The notes below the pieces were generated by a model, which made no database searches, was not told where the DNA came from, and saw nothing but the letters and a program-made list of their open reading frames with translations. DNA of 62,113 nucleotides, the filler included, from Malassezia furfur (taxonomy: Eukaryota): NCBI GenBank assembly GCA_052055015.1. It is 7 parts of 7 records of this genome, joined end to end, with 100 filler letters (N's around TTAATTAATTAA, not from the genome) between each part and the next. Parts side by side here need not be neighbours in the genome. Positions count along the whole stretch, not along the records: positions 17,981 to 26,794 come from JBQJIT010000447.1; positions 26,895 to 35,657 come from JBQJIT010000448.1; 5 more parts are not named here. One strand, written 5' to 3'. The position numbers were made by a program, and so were the translations under genes. The stretch's first letter is position 1. Each line of letters starts with the position of its first letter. Below are positions 19,161-31,746 of this stretch, piece after piece.

Positions 19161-21462
19161 ATGCTCGCCGTGCGCGTGCGGAGCAGCGGCGCGGCGCTCG
19201 CCGCGGACGCGCGCATCCTCGCACCGGGCGACGTGCTCAAGGCACGCAAGATCGCCACGGGCGCACACGTCGTCGTCACACAGCACGGGCAGCCGCTGTT
19301 TGCCGGCACGGCGTGGCCGTCGTTTGCGCTGCCCGCCGACGTCGTGTCGCTCCCCGCGCTGCTCGCCACGCCCGCGCAGCTCGCCGATGGGCAGCACGTC
19401 GAGATCGAGGCGCTCCAAGTCGCCAAGCACGACTGCCCGGTCGCCCAGACGCTGCACGCCGCCATCACGCCGCTCGGCGCCGACGACGCCCAGCTGCTCC
19501 ACGAGCTGCTCCAGACCGTGCTGCTGCACATGCTCGTCGACATCGGCATCGCACTGCTCGGCTCCACGCTGCAGCTCACGTTCCAGGGGAAGACGTACCG
19601 CGCGGAGCTCGTCGCGGCGGACGACGACGCTCCGCTCACGCAGCCCGGCACGCTCGTCCTCGTCACGCGGCACACGCGCCTCGCACTCGCGTCCGGCGCC
19701 GCGCCCGAGCCCGAGGCGCTCGTGGACGCGCGCGCCTACAGCGCGCTCGGCGGCCTCGACGCGCAGATCGCGGCCATCCGCACCCTGGTCGAGCTGCCGC
19801 TCACCCAGCCGGCGCTCTTTGCGCACTATGGACTGCCTGCGCCGCGCGGCGTGCTCCTGTACGGCCCGCCAGGCACGGGCAAGACGTCGCTCGCACGCAC
19901 CGTCGCCGCCTCGCTCAAGGCGCACGTCCTCACCATCAACGGCCCCGAGCTCGGCTCCACCTTCCACGGCGAGACCGAGTCCAAGCTGCGCGCTGTGTTT
20001 GAGCGCGCGGCGACGCACGAGCGCGCGATCATCGTCATCGACGAGATCGACGCACTCGCGCCGCGGCGCGACAGCAGTGCCGCCGTGCAGTCCGAGGGCG
20101 CGGGCGAGGTCGAGCGCCGCGTCGTCGCGACGCTGCTCACCCTGCTCGACGGGATGAACACGGCATCCTCGGGGCGCGTCGTCGTCATTGCGGCGACGAA
20201 CCGGCCCAACGCGCTCGACCCGGCGCTCCGCCGCCCGGGGCGCCTCGACCGCGAGATCGAGATCGGCGTGCCGGACCGCGACGCGCGCCTCGCCATCCTC
20301 CAGGTGCTGCTGCGCCCCGTGCCGCACACACTCACGCCCGACGACCTCGACGCGGTCGCCGCGCGCACGCACGGGTACGTCGGCGCGGACCTTGCGGCGC
20401 TCGTGCGCGAGGCGGGCATGGCGGCCATCGCACGCCGCGTGCACTCCCTCGACGCCAGCCTGGCGCGCCTCTCGCTCGCGCCGACCGACGCCGACCCGGA
20501 GCGCGTCGCGCCCGCCGACTTTGTGCACGCGCAGGCGATCGTGCGCCCGTCGGCGATGCGCGAGGTGTTTGTCGAGACGCCCAAGGTGTCGTGGTCGGAC
20601 ATTGCCGACAACGGCGAGCAGACCGGCGCGGACGGCGAGACGATCCCGAGCGTCCAGCGCCAGATCCGCGAGTGCGTCGAGTGGCCGCTCAAGTACGCGC
20701 ACACGTTCCAGCGGCTCGGCATCGACGCGCCCAAGGGCGCGCTGCTGTACGGCCCGCCCGGGTGCAGCAAGACGATGACCGCCAAGGCGCTCGCGAAGGA
20801 GAGCGGCCTCAACTTCCTCGCGATCCGCGGGCCGGAGCTCGTCAGCAAGTACGTCGGCGAGTCGGAGCGCGCGATCCGCGAAATGTTCCGCCGCGCACGC
20901 GCCGCGGCGCCCGCCATCCTCTTCTTTGTACGTGGCACGACTGACGCAGGACGAACTCGACGCCATCTCGGGCGTACGCAGCCACGACACGAGCAGCGCC
21001 GCCAACGACCGCATCGTCGCGAGCCTCCTCACCGAGATGGACGGCATCGACACAGACAACCATGTTATTGTGATTGCCGCAACGAACCGGCCGGACTGCA
21101 TCGACCCCGCGCTCCTGCGCCCGGGGCGCATGGACCGCCTCGTGTACGTGGGGCCGCCCAACGTCGAGGCACGCCGCAAGATCCTCGCGCTGCGCACCCG
21201 GAAAATGGCCGTGGCCGCCGACGTCGACCTGCACACGATTGCCGAGCTCGTACGTTACCCACGACTGACCCAGGCCGACGGCTGCTCGGGCGCCGAAATG
21301 GTGTCGATCTGCCAAGAAGCGGGTATGCTCGCGATGAACGAAAATATGGAGTGCTCCGAAGTCGCGGCGCGCCACTTTGAGACGGCCGCACGCACGATGC
21401 GCCGGCGCATCACGCCACAGATGCTCGAGAGCTACGCGCAGTGGCGCCGCATCCGCACCTAG
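19161..21462 (+). CDS. AFG2: Double-ring AAA+ ATPase Afg2/Drg1; introns 20928-20949 and 21250-21273
   Basis: Two Walker A motifs ([16 protein letters not shown]), [18 protein letters not shown]. Confidence 0.9.
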
Positions 21463-21554
21463 TTGCCCATAGACGCGCACGCGCACGCTCCCTCCAGGCC
21501 GGCGGGGCTCTCGCGCCCAACCTCCACACGCGCGTGTTGGCTTGCTCGCCAGCG

Positions 21555-22823
21555 ATGGCGACCGACATGCGACCCGCGGCGCCGTACGGCCGCGTGTCCA
21601 CGGCGGCGTCCAAGCTCATGTTCCCGCCGCTGCACCACGCCGACGACCCGCGCTTCCATAACCCCATCTTGCAGCACCCGCTCCTCGAGTCCGAGCAGCT
21701 GCCTATCCCTACGCTCGACGGCGAAGTGGTGCAGGTGCCCGAACACCTGCTGCCGCCCACCGAAGATCTGGACTCGGATACCTTGCCGATCGAACAGCAC
21801 CCGTCCTATCCGTTCGGCAACCCCTTCTTTATTCACCATGCGCCCAGCACGCTGCAGCCGGCCGGCTCGTCGCAGCCGAAACTGGACCCACGCATGCACT
21901 CGAAGCTCGCGATGCACGCCGCGCACGACTCTGCGCGCGAGGACGTGCTGATGCGCGTCGCCACGGGCTCGGCCAGTGCGCGTGCCGCCATCGAGGACAA
22001 GAAGAACGACACCGAGGCCGACGAAGAGGCACAAGGCGGTGTCCCTTCCTATACGCTGCACCCGGACGGCTCCGTCCACCTCGCGCCGCACCTGCAGATG
22101 CGCGCGCAGGTGGTATCGACGCCCAAGCCCCCCACCTGGCCTTTTACGCGCTTCGGTCCCGGGCCCAGCGCACGGCCGTACGCCTCGCTCTTCCGCAGCG
22201 CTTGGCCGCACGAGGCGAGCGCCGAAGTGAGCATCTGGGCCGACTTTGCGCTCGAACAGCTCGTGCCGCGCCCGCGCCCTGACTCATATACCCTGCCTTC
22301 CTCGCTGAAGCACCCGTATGCACACCCAGAGCGGCGCTCGCCGCGGCGCAGTGGGCGCCGCGCGCGGCCGTCCGACATCCCGCCGGCGCTCGGCGCTGAA
22401 ACCGCCGAGATAGACCACTTGTGGCTCGATGGCGCGGACAGCGAATACGCGGCGTCCCGGGACGACTTCGAGGACGGCGCAGCAAGCTGGACGTCGTCGG
22501 CGATGGCGACACTGTCGGCGGACATGGATGCGATCGCCGAGCTCGAGCGCAGCGCAGGCGATGCACGGCGTGCGCCGCGGTCACGGCATGTCTCGTCGGC
22601 GTGGATGCAGGACCGCCACGACTTCTGTCAAACACTACGGACGGTATGTGCGCGGAAAGAGCACAGTGCACTGCTTAAGCGGCGCCATGAGCATGCGGCC
22701 TCCCCGGCCGACTTTGTCGAGGCACGCAAGAAACACAGATTCGACGCTTTGGAGCGTCCCTCGGGCGAAGACCCCAACGGATGGGTCTGGGGCGTGAGTC
22801 GTGCCCTCGATCGCCCTGCGTAG
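21555..22823 (+). CDS. Hypothetical protein
   Basis: Long intronless ORF filling the space between AFG2 and ERG13, with host-like codon usage; no motif recognised. Confidence 0.65.
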   Translation: MATDMRPAAPYGRVSTAASKLMFPPLHHADDPRFHNPILQHPLLESEQLPIPTLDGEVVQVPEHLLPPTEDLDSDTLPIEQHPSYPFGNPFFIHHAPSTLQPAGSSQPKLDPRMHSKLAMHAAHDSAREDVLMRVATGSASARAAIEDKKNDTEADEEAQGGVPSYTLHPDGSVHLAPHLQMRAQVVSTPKPPTWPFTRFGPGPSARPYASLFRSAWPHEASAEVSIWADFALEQLVPRPRPDSYTLPSSLKHPYAHPERRSPRRSGRRARPSDIPPALGAETAEIDHLWLDGADSEYAASRDDFEDGAASWTSSAMATLSADMDAIAELERSAGDARRAPRSRHVSSAWMQDRHDFCQTLRTVCARKEHSALLKRRHEHAASPADFVEARKKHRFDALERPSGEDPNGWVWGVSRALDRPA

Positions 22824-22967
22824 CTGCGTGAATATGAGTTGGGGGGACTGCGGCGCGCGTGACTGGGCGAAACCACGCCATTTGTCGGCCTACGTAAGCA
22901 GATAATGTCAGGTTAAGTAACTTCCGGAGGGTACGCAGCAAGCTTCGCGTTCAGCTTCGAATCGGCT

Positions 22968-24458
22968 ATGACCTCGCGACCTGAGAACGTTGGCATCAAG
23001 GCCTTTGAGGTGTACTTCCCTAAGCGCGTATGTGCTATTGTCTGACCATATAGTGCATTTCCGAGGCGGACTTGGAGGAGTTCGACGGTGTGTCGAAGGG
23101 CAAGTACACCATCGGCTTTGGCCAGCAGTACATGGCCTTCACGGACGACCGCGAGGACATCAACTCGTTTGCGCTGTCGGGTACGTACGCCTCTGGTGCT
23201 GACATGCAGCCGTGTCGAAGCTGATGGAGAACTACAACATCGACCCCAAGTCGATCGGTCGCCTCGACGTCGGTACGGAGACGATCATCGACAAGTCCAA
23301 GGCGGTCAAGACGATGCTCATGGAGCTCTTTGCGCCGCACGGCAACACGGACATTGAGGGCATCGACTCGAAGAACGCGTGCTACGGTGGTACCGCTGCG
23401 CTCTTCAACGCGATCAACTGGGTCGAGTCGAGCTCGTGGGACGGCCGCGACGCGATCGTGTTCGCGGGCGACATTGCCATCTACGCCGAGGGCAGCGCGC
23501 GCCCGGTCGGTGGTGCGGGCGCTGTTGCGATGCTCATCGGCCCGGACGCGCCGCTGGTGGTGGAGCGTACGTATCCCACACTTACCCGCAGCGATCCACG
23601 GCACGCACATGGCCAATGCGTGGGACTTCTACAAGCCGGACCTCACGTCCGAGTACCCCACCGTGGACGGCCCCGAGACGCTGCAGACCTACCTGGGCTC
23701 GGTCGACATGGCGTACGACGCGTTCCGGAATAAGTACAGCAAGCTCGCCGAGTCCAAGGGCCTGCCGTTGAACAAGAGCAAGACATCGAGCGACGCGCGC
23801 GCCGACTTTAGCCTGGGCGACGTCGACTTTGTCGCGATGCACTCGCCATATGCCAAGCTGGTCCAGAAGGGCTTTTCGCGTCTGGTACGTCGCGTCTTCT
23901 GACACGCAGCTCTACAACGACTTCCTTGCGGACCCCACCAACGAAAAGTACGCCGAGGTGCCGAAGGAGTACAAGGACCTCGACCGCCGGTCAACCATCA
24001 CGAACAAGGACCTCGAGAAGCAGTTCGTGACTCTCACCAAGCCGCTGACCACCACGATGCTTGAGCCTGGTATGGACACGGTGCGCCGCTGCGGCAACAT
24101 GTACACCGGCTCGCTCTACGGTGGTCTCGCCTCCATTCTTTCGAACAAGAGCAGCGACGAGCTGCAGGGCAAGCGTATCCTGCTGTACTCGTTCGGCTCC
24201 GGCTGTGCCGCGTCGTTCTTTATTGTGCGCGTTGCGGGCTCTACCCAGAAGATCCACGACGCGCTGCGCCTGAAGGAGCGCCTCGCTGCGATGCAGGTCG
24301 TGCCGTGCAGCGCCTACGTCGACGCGCTCAAGACGCGCGAGGAGACGCACAACGCTGTCGCGCACGACCCCAAGGGCAGCCTCGAGGATCTGTGGCCTGG
24401 CTCGTACTACCTCGAGAAGGTCGACGACAAGTACCGCCGCTTCTACAAGCGCGCCTAA
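22968..24458 (+). CDS. ERG13: HMG-CoA synthase; introns 23028-23053, 23181-23209, 23567-23591, 23885-23909
   Basis: [53 protein letters not shown]. Confidence 0.96.
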
Positions 24459-24466
24459 TCGTAGAC

Positions 24467-24485
24467 CACGTGATCCGAAAAATTT
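24467..24485 (+). promoter_or_regulatory. CACGTG E-box plus RRPE-like GAAAAATTT upstream of NOP12
   Basis: CACGTGATCCGAAAAATTT lies in the 41-bp ERG13-NOP12 spacer. RRPE is a known fungal ribosome-biogenesis element. Confidence 0.45.
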
Positions 24486-24499
24486 GGCTTCCACACGCG

Positions 24500-26437
24500 A
24501 TGGTCAAAGCAGCGCAGGGCCACGCCCTGTTCGACGTGAGCGCGTCGAAGGCGGGCTTTGATGCGGAGCTTGATGCCATGTTCCGTACGCCGCAGGTGGC
24601 TGCCGCCCCTGCCCCGCGTACACAGCGCCGCGACGCGAATGAGAGTGTAGACGAGAGCGAGAGCGACGAGGAGGAGGACAACGAGGAGGAGGAGGAGGAG
24701 GAGGAGGAGGAAGCGGACGTCGACGAGGAAGACGCCGAGGAAGAGGACGTTGACGAGGACGACGAAGACGGAGAGCCTTCGAGCGAGGAGGCCGCGAGCG
24801 AGGAGGCCGCGAGCGAGGCCGAGGCTGAGGCCGCGACGGGCGACGCTGCCGCCGAGGCCGACGCTGTGCCGACCTCGTACGACGGGACGCTGGAAGAAAT
24901 CTCCGACGTCGAGGACATGGACGAGGCGCAGCTCAAGGCCTTCCTGGATACCCCTGAGCCCACAAAGAGCAGGCCGAAGCGTGCGCTCGAGGACGCGGAC
25001 GAGGACGAAGGTGCGCGGAACCTGCGCACCATCTTTGTGGGCAACATCCCCATCGCCGCGACGACGAGCCGTACGCTGCGCAAGCAGCTGATCCGGCACC
25101 TTGAGCAGCTCTCGCCGTACCCCGAGTGCACCAAGATCGTCTCGCTGCGCTTCCGCAGCGTGTCGTTCAAGACGCCGACGAACGACTTCACGCAGGACGA
25201 GGCGGCGGCGAATGCCACGACGCGGCGTCGCGAGCGCGCGCGCAAGTTCCGCGAGAAGCAGGGCATGGGCGAGAAGGATGCGGCGCCGAACGCGCCGCCG
25301 CCGCTCACCGCGCAGCAGAAGCGCAAGATTGCGTTCATCAACCACGAGCTGAACGAGCGCGCGGACGCTGTGAATGCGTACGTGCGCCTCGGCGACCCGC
25401 GCAAAGTGCACGCCGAGCTGGTGCAGCAGCACAAGACCGAGGCGCCGCTTGACCCGCGTGTCACCGGGCACATCCTCGCGGCGCTTGTGGCGCGGGCGAT
25501 CAGCAATACGCTGTTTGGCGAGCGGCACCTGCGGGCGGATCTGGTGGCGCCGCTGACGCCCCAGGAGGTGGTCGAGACGGGCCTCGACAAGCTGCGTCTC
25601 GCGGACGGCACGCAGCTCGGCGCGCCGACGCAGGCGGACCTGAAGCGCACCGTGTTTGTCGGCAACCTCGACTTTGAGGCCGGCGAGGAGGAGGTGCGTG
25701 CGCTCTTTGAAAAGCTCGTGCGCGAGGAGCGCGGCGCGCCGCCGATGCAGGCCGCACCGTCGCTGCGCCTCGATGGCGCGCCGAGCGGCGAGCCGGTGCC
25801 GCAGGAGTGGGTGCAGAGCGTCCGCATTGTGCGCGACAAGGCGACGCAGCTCGGCAAGGGCTTTGCGTACGTCAAGTTCCTCGACACCGCGTGTGTCGAC
25901 GAGCTGCTGGCGCTGCACGAGGCCGAGGAGGCGTTTGTCGCGTCCAAGCGCCCGCAAGTGCGCGGCAAGCCGCAGCGCGTCGCCCGGCCCATCCAGCTCG
26001 CGGACGGCGAGACGTTCCGGCGGCGCGTCAAGCTGCGCAAGCGCGCGTTGCGCCTGTCGCGCTGCAAGAATACCCAGGGTGTGTCGGAGGCGCGCAAGGG
26101 CAAGCGCAAGGCCGACGACGTGCCGCGCACGCCCGTCAAGCGGCGCCCCGACGCGGCGCGCGTGCGCTCGTCGGGCGCCCCGACGCCGAACGGATCGTCG
26201 CCGACGGTGCGCTCTGCGAAGGAGCAGGCGTCCAAGGCGTCCTTCCTCGCGACGCTCTCCAAGGAGCAGCGCGTTGCCGTCAAGAAGGGCGACGCGGACC
26301 GCCAGGCGCGCCGCCTGCAGAAGAGGCAGGCCAAGAAGCAGGGCGAAAAGGCGGCGCGCAAGCTCGGTGCGCGGCGCGAAAAGGTGCCGCTGCCGCAGCG
26401 CTCCGCGGCCAAGAAGATGACCAAACAGCGCAAGTAG
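24500..26437 (+). CDS. NOP12: Nucleolar RRM protein Nop12
   Basis: Acidic N-terminus; RTIFVGN, SLRFRS, TVFVGNLDF, VRIVRDKATQLGKGFAYVKF; basic tail. Confidence 0.9.
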   Translation: MVKAAQGHALFDVSASKAGFDAELDAMFRTPQVAAAPAPRTQRRDANESVDESESDEEEDNEEEEEEEEEEADVDEEDAEEEDVDEDDEDGEPSSEEAASEEAASEAEAEAATGDAAAEADAVPTSYDGTLEEISDVEDMDEAQLKAFLDTPEPTKSRPKRALEDADEDEGARNLRTIFVGNIPIAATTSRTLRKQLIRHLEQLSPYPECTKIVSLRFRSVSFKTPTNDFTQDEAAANATTRRRERARKFREKQGMGEKDAAPNAPPPLTAQQKRKIAFINHELNERADAVNAYVRLGDPRKVHAELVQQHKTEAPLDPRVTGHILAALVARAISNTLFGERHLRADLVAPLTPQEVVETGLDKLRLADGTQLGAPTQADLKRTVFVGNLDFEAGEEEVRALFEKLVREERGAPPMQAAPSLRLDGAPSGEPVPQEWVQSVRIVRDKATQLGKGFAYVKFLDTACVDELLALHEAEEAFVASKRPQVRGKPQRVARPIQLADGETFRRRVKLRKRALRLSRCKNTQGVSEARKGKRKADDVPRTPVKRRPDAARVRSSGAPTPNGSSPTVRSAKEQASKASFLATLSKEQRVAVKKGDADRQARRLQKRQAKKQGEKAARKLGARREKVPLPQRSAAKKMTKQRK

Positions 26438-26794
26438 CTACGTCATTTCTAGCAACCGGTCGATGGCCATCTCGACGTTCCCGCCGCACTCTTGCAGGAT
26501 GAGCAGCAGCACCGAGTCTTCGGCGTGCGGGAAGATGGACTTGAGCGTCTGCGTCCCGGCGTCCCAGTCGACCGACACGTCGCCGGCCGTCTCGTCGCCC
26601 GCGGCGTCGCCCGCGCGCTGCGCCGCGGCGACGTGGTGCGATGGCGAGTCGCGGGCGTCGCCAAACGAGTGCGGCACAAACGACGCAGGCCACGGCGCGC
26701 GGCGGTTCGGCGTCTCGAACGGCGACGAGTCGGGCTCGGAGCGCGACTCGTCCTCGTCGAGCAGCGCGAGCGCCGGCGCACGCAGCGGCGCATT
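26438..26794 (-). CDS. C-terminal fragment of a CUE-domain protein
   Basis: TLKSIFPHAEDSVLLLILQECGGNVEMAIDRLLEM (FP and LL CUE motifs). Confidence 0.75.
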   Translation of the reverse strand, partial: NAPLRAPALALLDEDESRSEPDSSPFETPNRRAPWPASFVPHSFGDARDSPSHHVAAAQRAGDAAGDETAGDVSVDWDAGTQTLKSIFPHAEDSVLLLILQECGGNVEMAIDRLLEMT

Positions 26795-26894
26795 NNNNNN
26801 NNNNNNNNNNNNNNNNNNNNNNNNNNNNNNNNNNNNNNTTAATTAATTAANNNNNNNNNNNNNNNNNNNNNNNNNNNNNNNNNNNNNNNNNNNN
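26795..26894. other. Artificial contig linker
   Basis: N44-TTAATTAATTAA-N44. Confidence 0.98.
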
Positions 26895-27317
26895 GAGAGC
26901 GTGCGCCGCATTCTGCGCTCGCGCTGGCGGCCGTCGACCGAGGCAGCCGCGCGGCAGAACCGGCGCGCGAAGCTGCTGCAGGCGTCGGCCGCATCGGCGC
27001 GCGAGCACGAGGAGCTCGCGGCGCTGCGCGGCGACGTCCCGCTCGAGAATGCGCCGCCCGTGCCGCCCGCGGAGCGCGTCGAGGAGCACCCCGTGCGGTT
27101 CGAGGGCCTGGTCTCCACCGCGGACCTTGCCGCGGGCCGTGCGCGACAAAAGAGCGTCGCGTCGCGCGGGAGCGGCGACTGGTGCCTCGTTGACGCGGGA
27201 TGGTGCGTCGTGCACGTCATGACCGCCTCCGCACGCGCGCGCTACCGCCTCGAAGATTTATGGCGACACAACGGAACGCAGTCGTTCCGTGCGCGCCAGG
27301 CGTCTGCCCGTAGCTAG
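26895..27317 (+). CDS. 3' fragment of an RsfS/Iojap-family (MALSU1/Atp25-N-like) protein
   Basis: FEGL...[29 protein letters not shown]. Confidence 0.8.
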   Translation, partial: ESVRRILRSRWRPSTEAAARQNRRAKLLQASAASAREHEELAALRGDVPLENAPPVPPAERVEEHPVRFEGLVSTADLAAGRARQKSVASRGSGDWCLVDAGWCVVHVMTASARARYRLEDLWRHNGTQSFRARQASARS

Positions 27318-27794
27318 CCGAGCCGCCCCACTGCATTAGCATGCGACGTACACTGCTCGAGACGTGCGAGTACGTCCGACTTGCTCGTCTCCTCGATCTC
27401 GCCCGCGAGGAACACCTCGTCGAGGACGGCGTGCACCTGGTAGAAGTGGAACACGAGGTCCAGCTCGCACACGTTCGCGAAGTACGCATCGAGGATCTCG
27501 ACAAAGAGGTGAATCGCCTCGAGGTACGCCAGTTCGTTGTCCTCCGCATCGATACACGCGCAAAAGTACAGGCCCGCGTACCGGCGGTACACGAGAGTAT
27601 GCTCGTGGTACTGCCACGGTCAGCCATTCGCTGCGTACCTCGACAAAGTTGCTCTGCGCACGCTGGTTGCGCGGCACCACGAGCCGGTGCACGTCGGCGA
27701 GTAGGCGCGCCTGCTCGGCGGGCGTGTACGCCGCGTAAAACTTGGCGAGGCGCACCTTTCCCTGCCGGTTCTGGATCGTCAGCGCCCGAAGCAT
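27314..27794 (-). CDS. APS2: AP-2 complex sigma subunit; introns 27611-27638 and 27331-27351
   Basis: [58 protein letters not shown]. Confidence 0.92.
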
Positions 27795-27820
27795 GGAGGT
27801 GGAGGTTGTTGGCCACGACG

Positions 27821-28630
27821 ATGAAACTCGCCGAGCTGCGGCTCTCGTCGACGCTGCACGGGTGGGACCCGCTGCGGATCGTCGCACAGATCTGCGCGAT
27901 CCAGTGCATCCACTATATTTTGCTCGCCGCGTTCGTTCCGCCCCTGCTCTCCATCTTTACCGCAAGCGCCGCGCTCCGCTTCGAGGGGGGGCCGGCGCAG
28001 GTCGGCATGCTGATCGACTGGCGCGAGCTCGCGAGTCAGCCGACATGGGACTGGGCCAAGGCACCCCTTAACACAACACACACCACATTCACACCGCAGG
28101 AGAGCGCAGCCGTGGCCAACTGGACCGCCGGCACGCTGTGGCTCAGCGACCGTGGCACGGTGCGGACGCTGCCGGCCGCCGCCTACGCGTGGAACGAGTC
28201 GGACGCGGGGCCGGTGCAAAACAGCGTCCTAACAGTGCCCGCGAAGAGCGCCGTTTCGCTGCAGGAGCTGCAGCTCGAGCAGTGGGAGTGGCAGCATACC
28301 CACGACAGCCGCCGCGGCTGGGCCATTACCGCTGCGTGGGCACTCACCGTGTTTTTCGACGTGCAGGTGCTGTACTACCTCGTGCGCAAGCCGACGCACG
28401 TCCTCGACTTTGTGTGCACGATGCACCTGCTGCACCTCATCGTGACCTCGTACGTCGCTGGCGCACTGCCCGTGTCGCTCTACTGGTGGGCGGTGATGTT
28501 TGTGCACGCCAGTCTATGCATCCTGTTTGCCGAGCGCATGGCGATCCAGCGCGAGATGCGCGTCGGGTTCCGCGAGCCCACGCTCGAAACGGGCGACGCC
28601 GAGACCATCGAGATGGCGCCGACGACCTAA
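27821..28630 (+). CDS. SYS1: Golgi membrane protein Sys1
   Basis: WDPLRIVAQI.AIQ..HY, LVRKPTHVLDF..T.H..HL, WW motif. Confidence 0.85.
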   Translation: MKLAELRLSSTLHGWDPLRIVAQICAIQCIHYILLAAFVPPLLSIFTASAALRFEGGPAQVGMLIDWRELASQPTWDWAKAPLNTTHTTFTPQESAAVANWTAGTLWLSDRGTVRTLPAAAYAWNESDAGPVQNSVLTVPAKSAVSLQELQLEQWEWQHTHDSRRGWAITAAWALTVFFDVQVLYYLVRKPTHVLDFVCTMHLLHLIVTSYVAGALPVSLYWWAVMFVHASLCILFAERMAIQREMRVGFREPTLETGDAETIEMAPTT

Positions 28631-28636
28631 TGTACA

Positions 28637-29875
28637 TTACGCGGGGGGATAAAACCCGGCATACAGCACGCCAGCAACCGCGCCGTAGAGGCACAGGTAG
28701 CGCAGCGCCGCGCGCGGCGGGCACACCGCCGCCGCCGTATACCATACAAATGGCATGCCGCCAGGCGTGCACAGCCGCAAGGCGATCTGGACGTGGCTCG
28801 CGAACAGAAGCAGCGCCAGCAGCGCGGCGGTGTGCAACGCGTGCGGAAGCAGGGGCAGACCCAGCGTAGTGGTGCGCTGCCATGGCACCAACACCGCACG
28901 CGCCAGCACGCCAGGCCCGACGCGCATCACGTACGCACCGACGCCCACCGCGCCCGCCACGAGCACCGGTGCCGCGAGCGCAAAGTTGGGCACCTGCGCC
29001 ACAGTCCAGTACCGAAACAGGCCCACGTCCCAGTACGTCGACTGCACGTAGCTGTACGCCAGCGGCACACGCGACGTGCACCATGGCGAGATGGTGCCGC
29101 TCATGCACAGCCGTGCATACGCCCATGCCTGGAAGAGCGCCCAGGGCAGCACGGTGAGCGCCACGAGCGGCAGCGCCCCCACGATGCGACACGCCCACAC
29201 ACGTACGTTCGGAGGCCGCGACGCCCACGCCGCGTCCCACACGAGGTAGCCCGCGAGCAGCACACCGTTCGCACGGAAGCATGTCGCGATGGCGAACAGC
29301 GCCGCGGCGAGCGTGCGGCGCGCATACGCGTACGGCGCCGGGCCGAGCGTCAGGAAGCCGAGCAGCGAGAACAGCGCAAAAAACGGCTCGGGCGTCGGGG
29401 CGGACAGCGCCGAGGTGCTCGCCGGCGCAAGGATCGACAGCATCGCCGCCAACTCGGCCACGCGCTCCGTCGTCCACCGCCGCACGACCCAAAAGAGGAG
29501 GAGCGGCGCAAGCGTCGACGCAGCGTTCGCCGCGAGTGTGCCTACTACGATGGCGCGCGTGGGACTCCAGGCGTCAAGAGCCCCGAGGAATCCCGCAGCA
29601 CGCAGGACCGCCACAATTCCCGGCTGGAACGCGAGCATCTGCTCGTACGTGTAGCCGTGCGCGGCGGCCGCGACAAAGTAGACCGTATCCCAGCGCACAA
29701 ACTGCACGGCCCACGTATCCCACGCAGTTGAATCCCCAGGCTGCGCAAAGGTGTACTGGACGAGCTCTCCAGACGTGTCAAATGCCTGCTGTGCGTGCGC
29801 CGCAACGAGCAGCAGCGACACACACACCACCCGCCAGGCCAGCGACGCGCCCAGGAGCCGGCGGGGGATGGTCAT
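28637..29875 (-). CDS. GPI18: GPI mannosyltransferase II (PIG-V)
   Basis: FDTS, RWDTVYF, YEQMLAFQPG, FRANG, YSYVQSTYWDVGLFRYWT..Q.PNF, C-terminal FYPPA. Confidence 0.93.
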   Translation of the reverse strand: MTIPRRLLGASLAWRVVCVSLLLVAAHAQQAFDTSGELVQYTFAQPGDSTAWDTWAVQFVRWDTVYFVAAAAHGYTYEQMLAFQPGIVAVLRAAGFLGALDAWSPTRAIVVGTLAANAASTLAPLLLFWVVRRWTTERVAELAAMLSILAPASTSALSAPTPEPFFALFSLLGFLTLGPAPYAYARRTLAAALFAIATCFRANGVLLAGYLVWDAAWASRPPNVRVWACRIVGALPLVALTVLPWALFQAWAYARLCMSGTISPWCTSRVPLAYSYVQSTYWDVGLFRYWTVAQVPNFALAAPVLVAGAVGVGAYVMRVGPGVLARAVLVPWQRTTTLGLPLLPHALHTAALLALLLFASHVQIALRLCTPGGMPFVWYTAAAVCPPRAALRYLCLYGAVAGVLYAGFYPPA

Positions 29876-29906
29876 GTGGAGGCTTTGTCAGTTGGCTTCG
29901 ACGACG

Positions 29907-31686
<1,780 letters not shown>

Positions 31687-31746
31687 GCCAATAGAACCCT
31701 TTCCAGCTCCACCTGACAAATGCGCCGGATTTTTGCCCCACCCGCC

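Noticed and set aside
3994..24458. ERG6, COQ6 and ERG13 as an isoprenoid/sterol gene cluster
   Set aside because: ERG6 is on a different, unlinked contig, and COQ6 and ERG13 are separated by unrelated genes.
24660..24830. (GAG)n and 15-bp repeats (also 32862-32910 and 55328-55377) as an array or CRISPR
   Set aside because: They are in-frame coding repeats (acidic tract, RSEAA, HSHAG) with no repeat-spacer structure.
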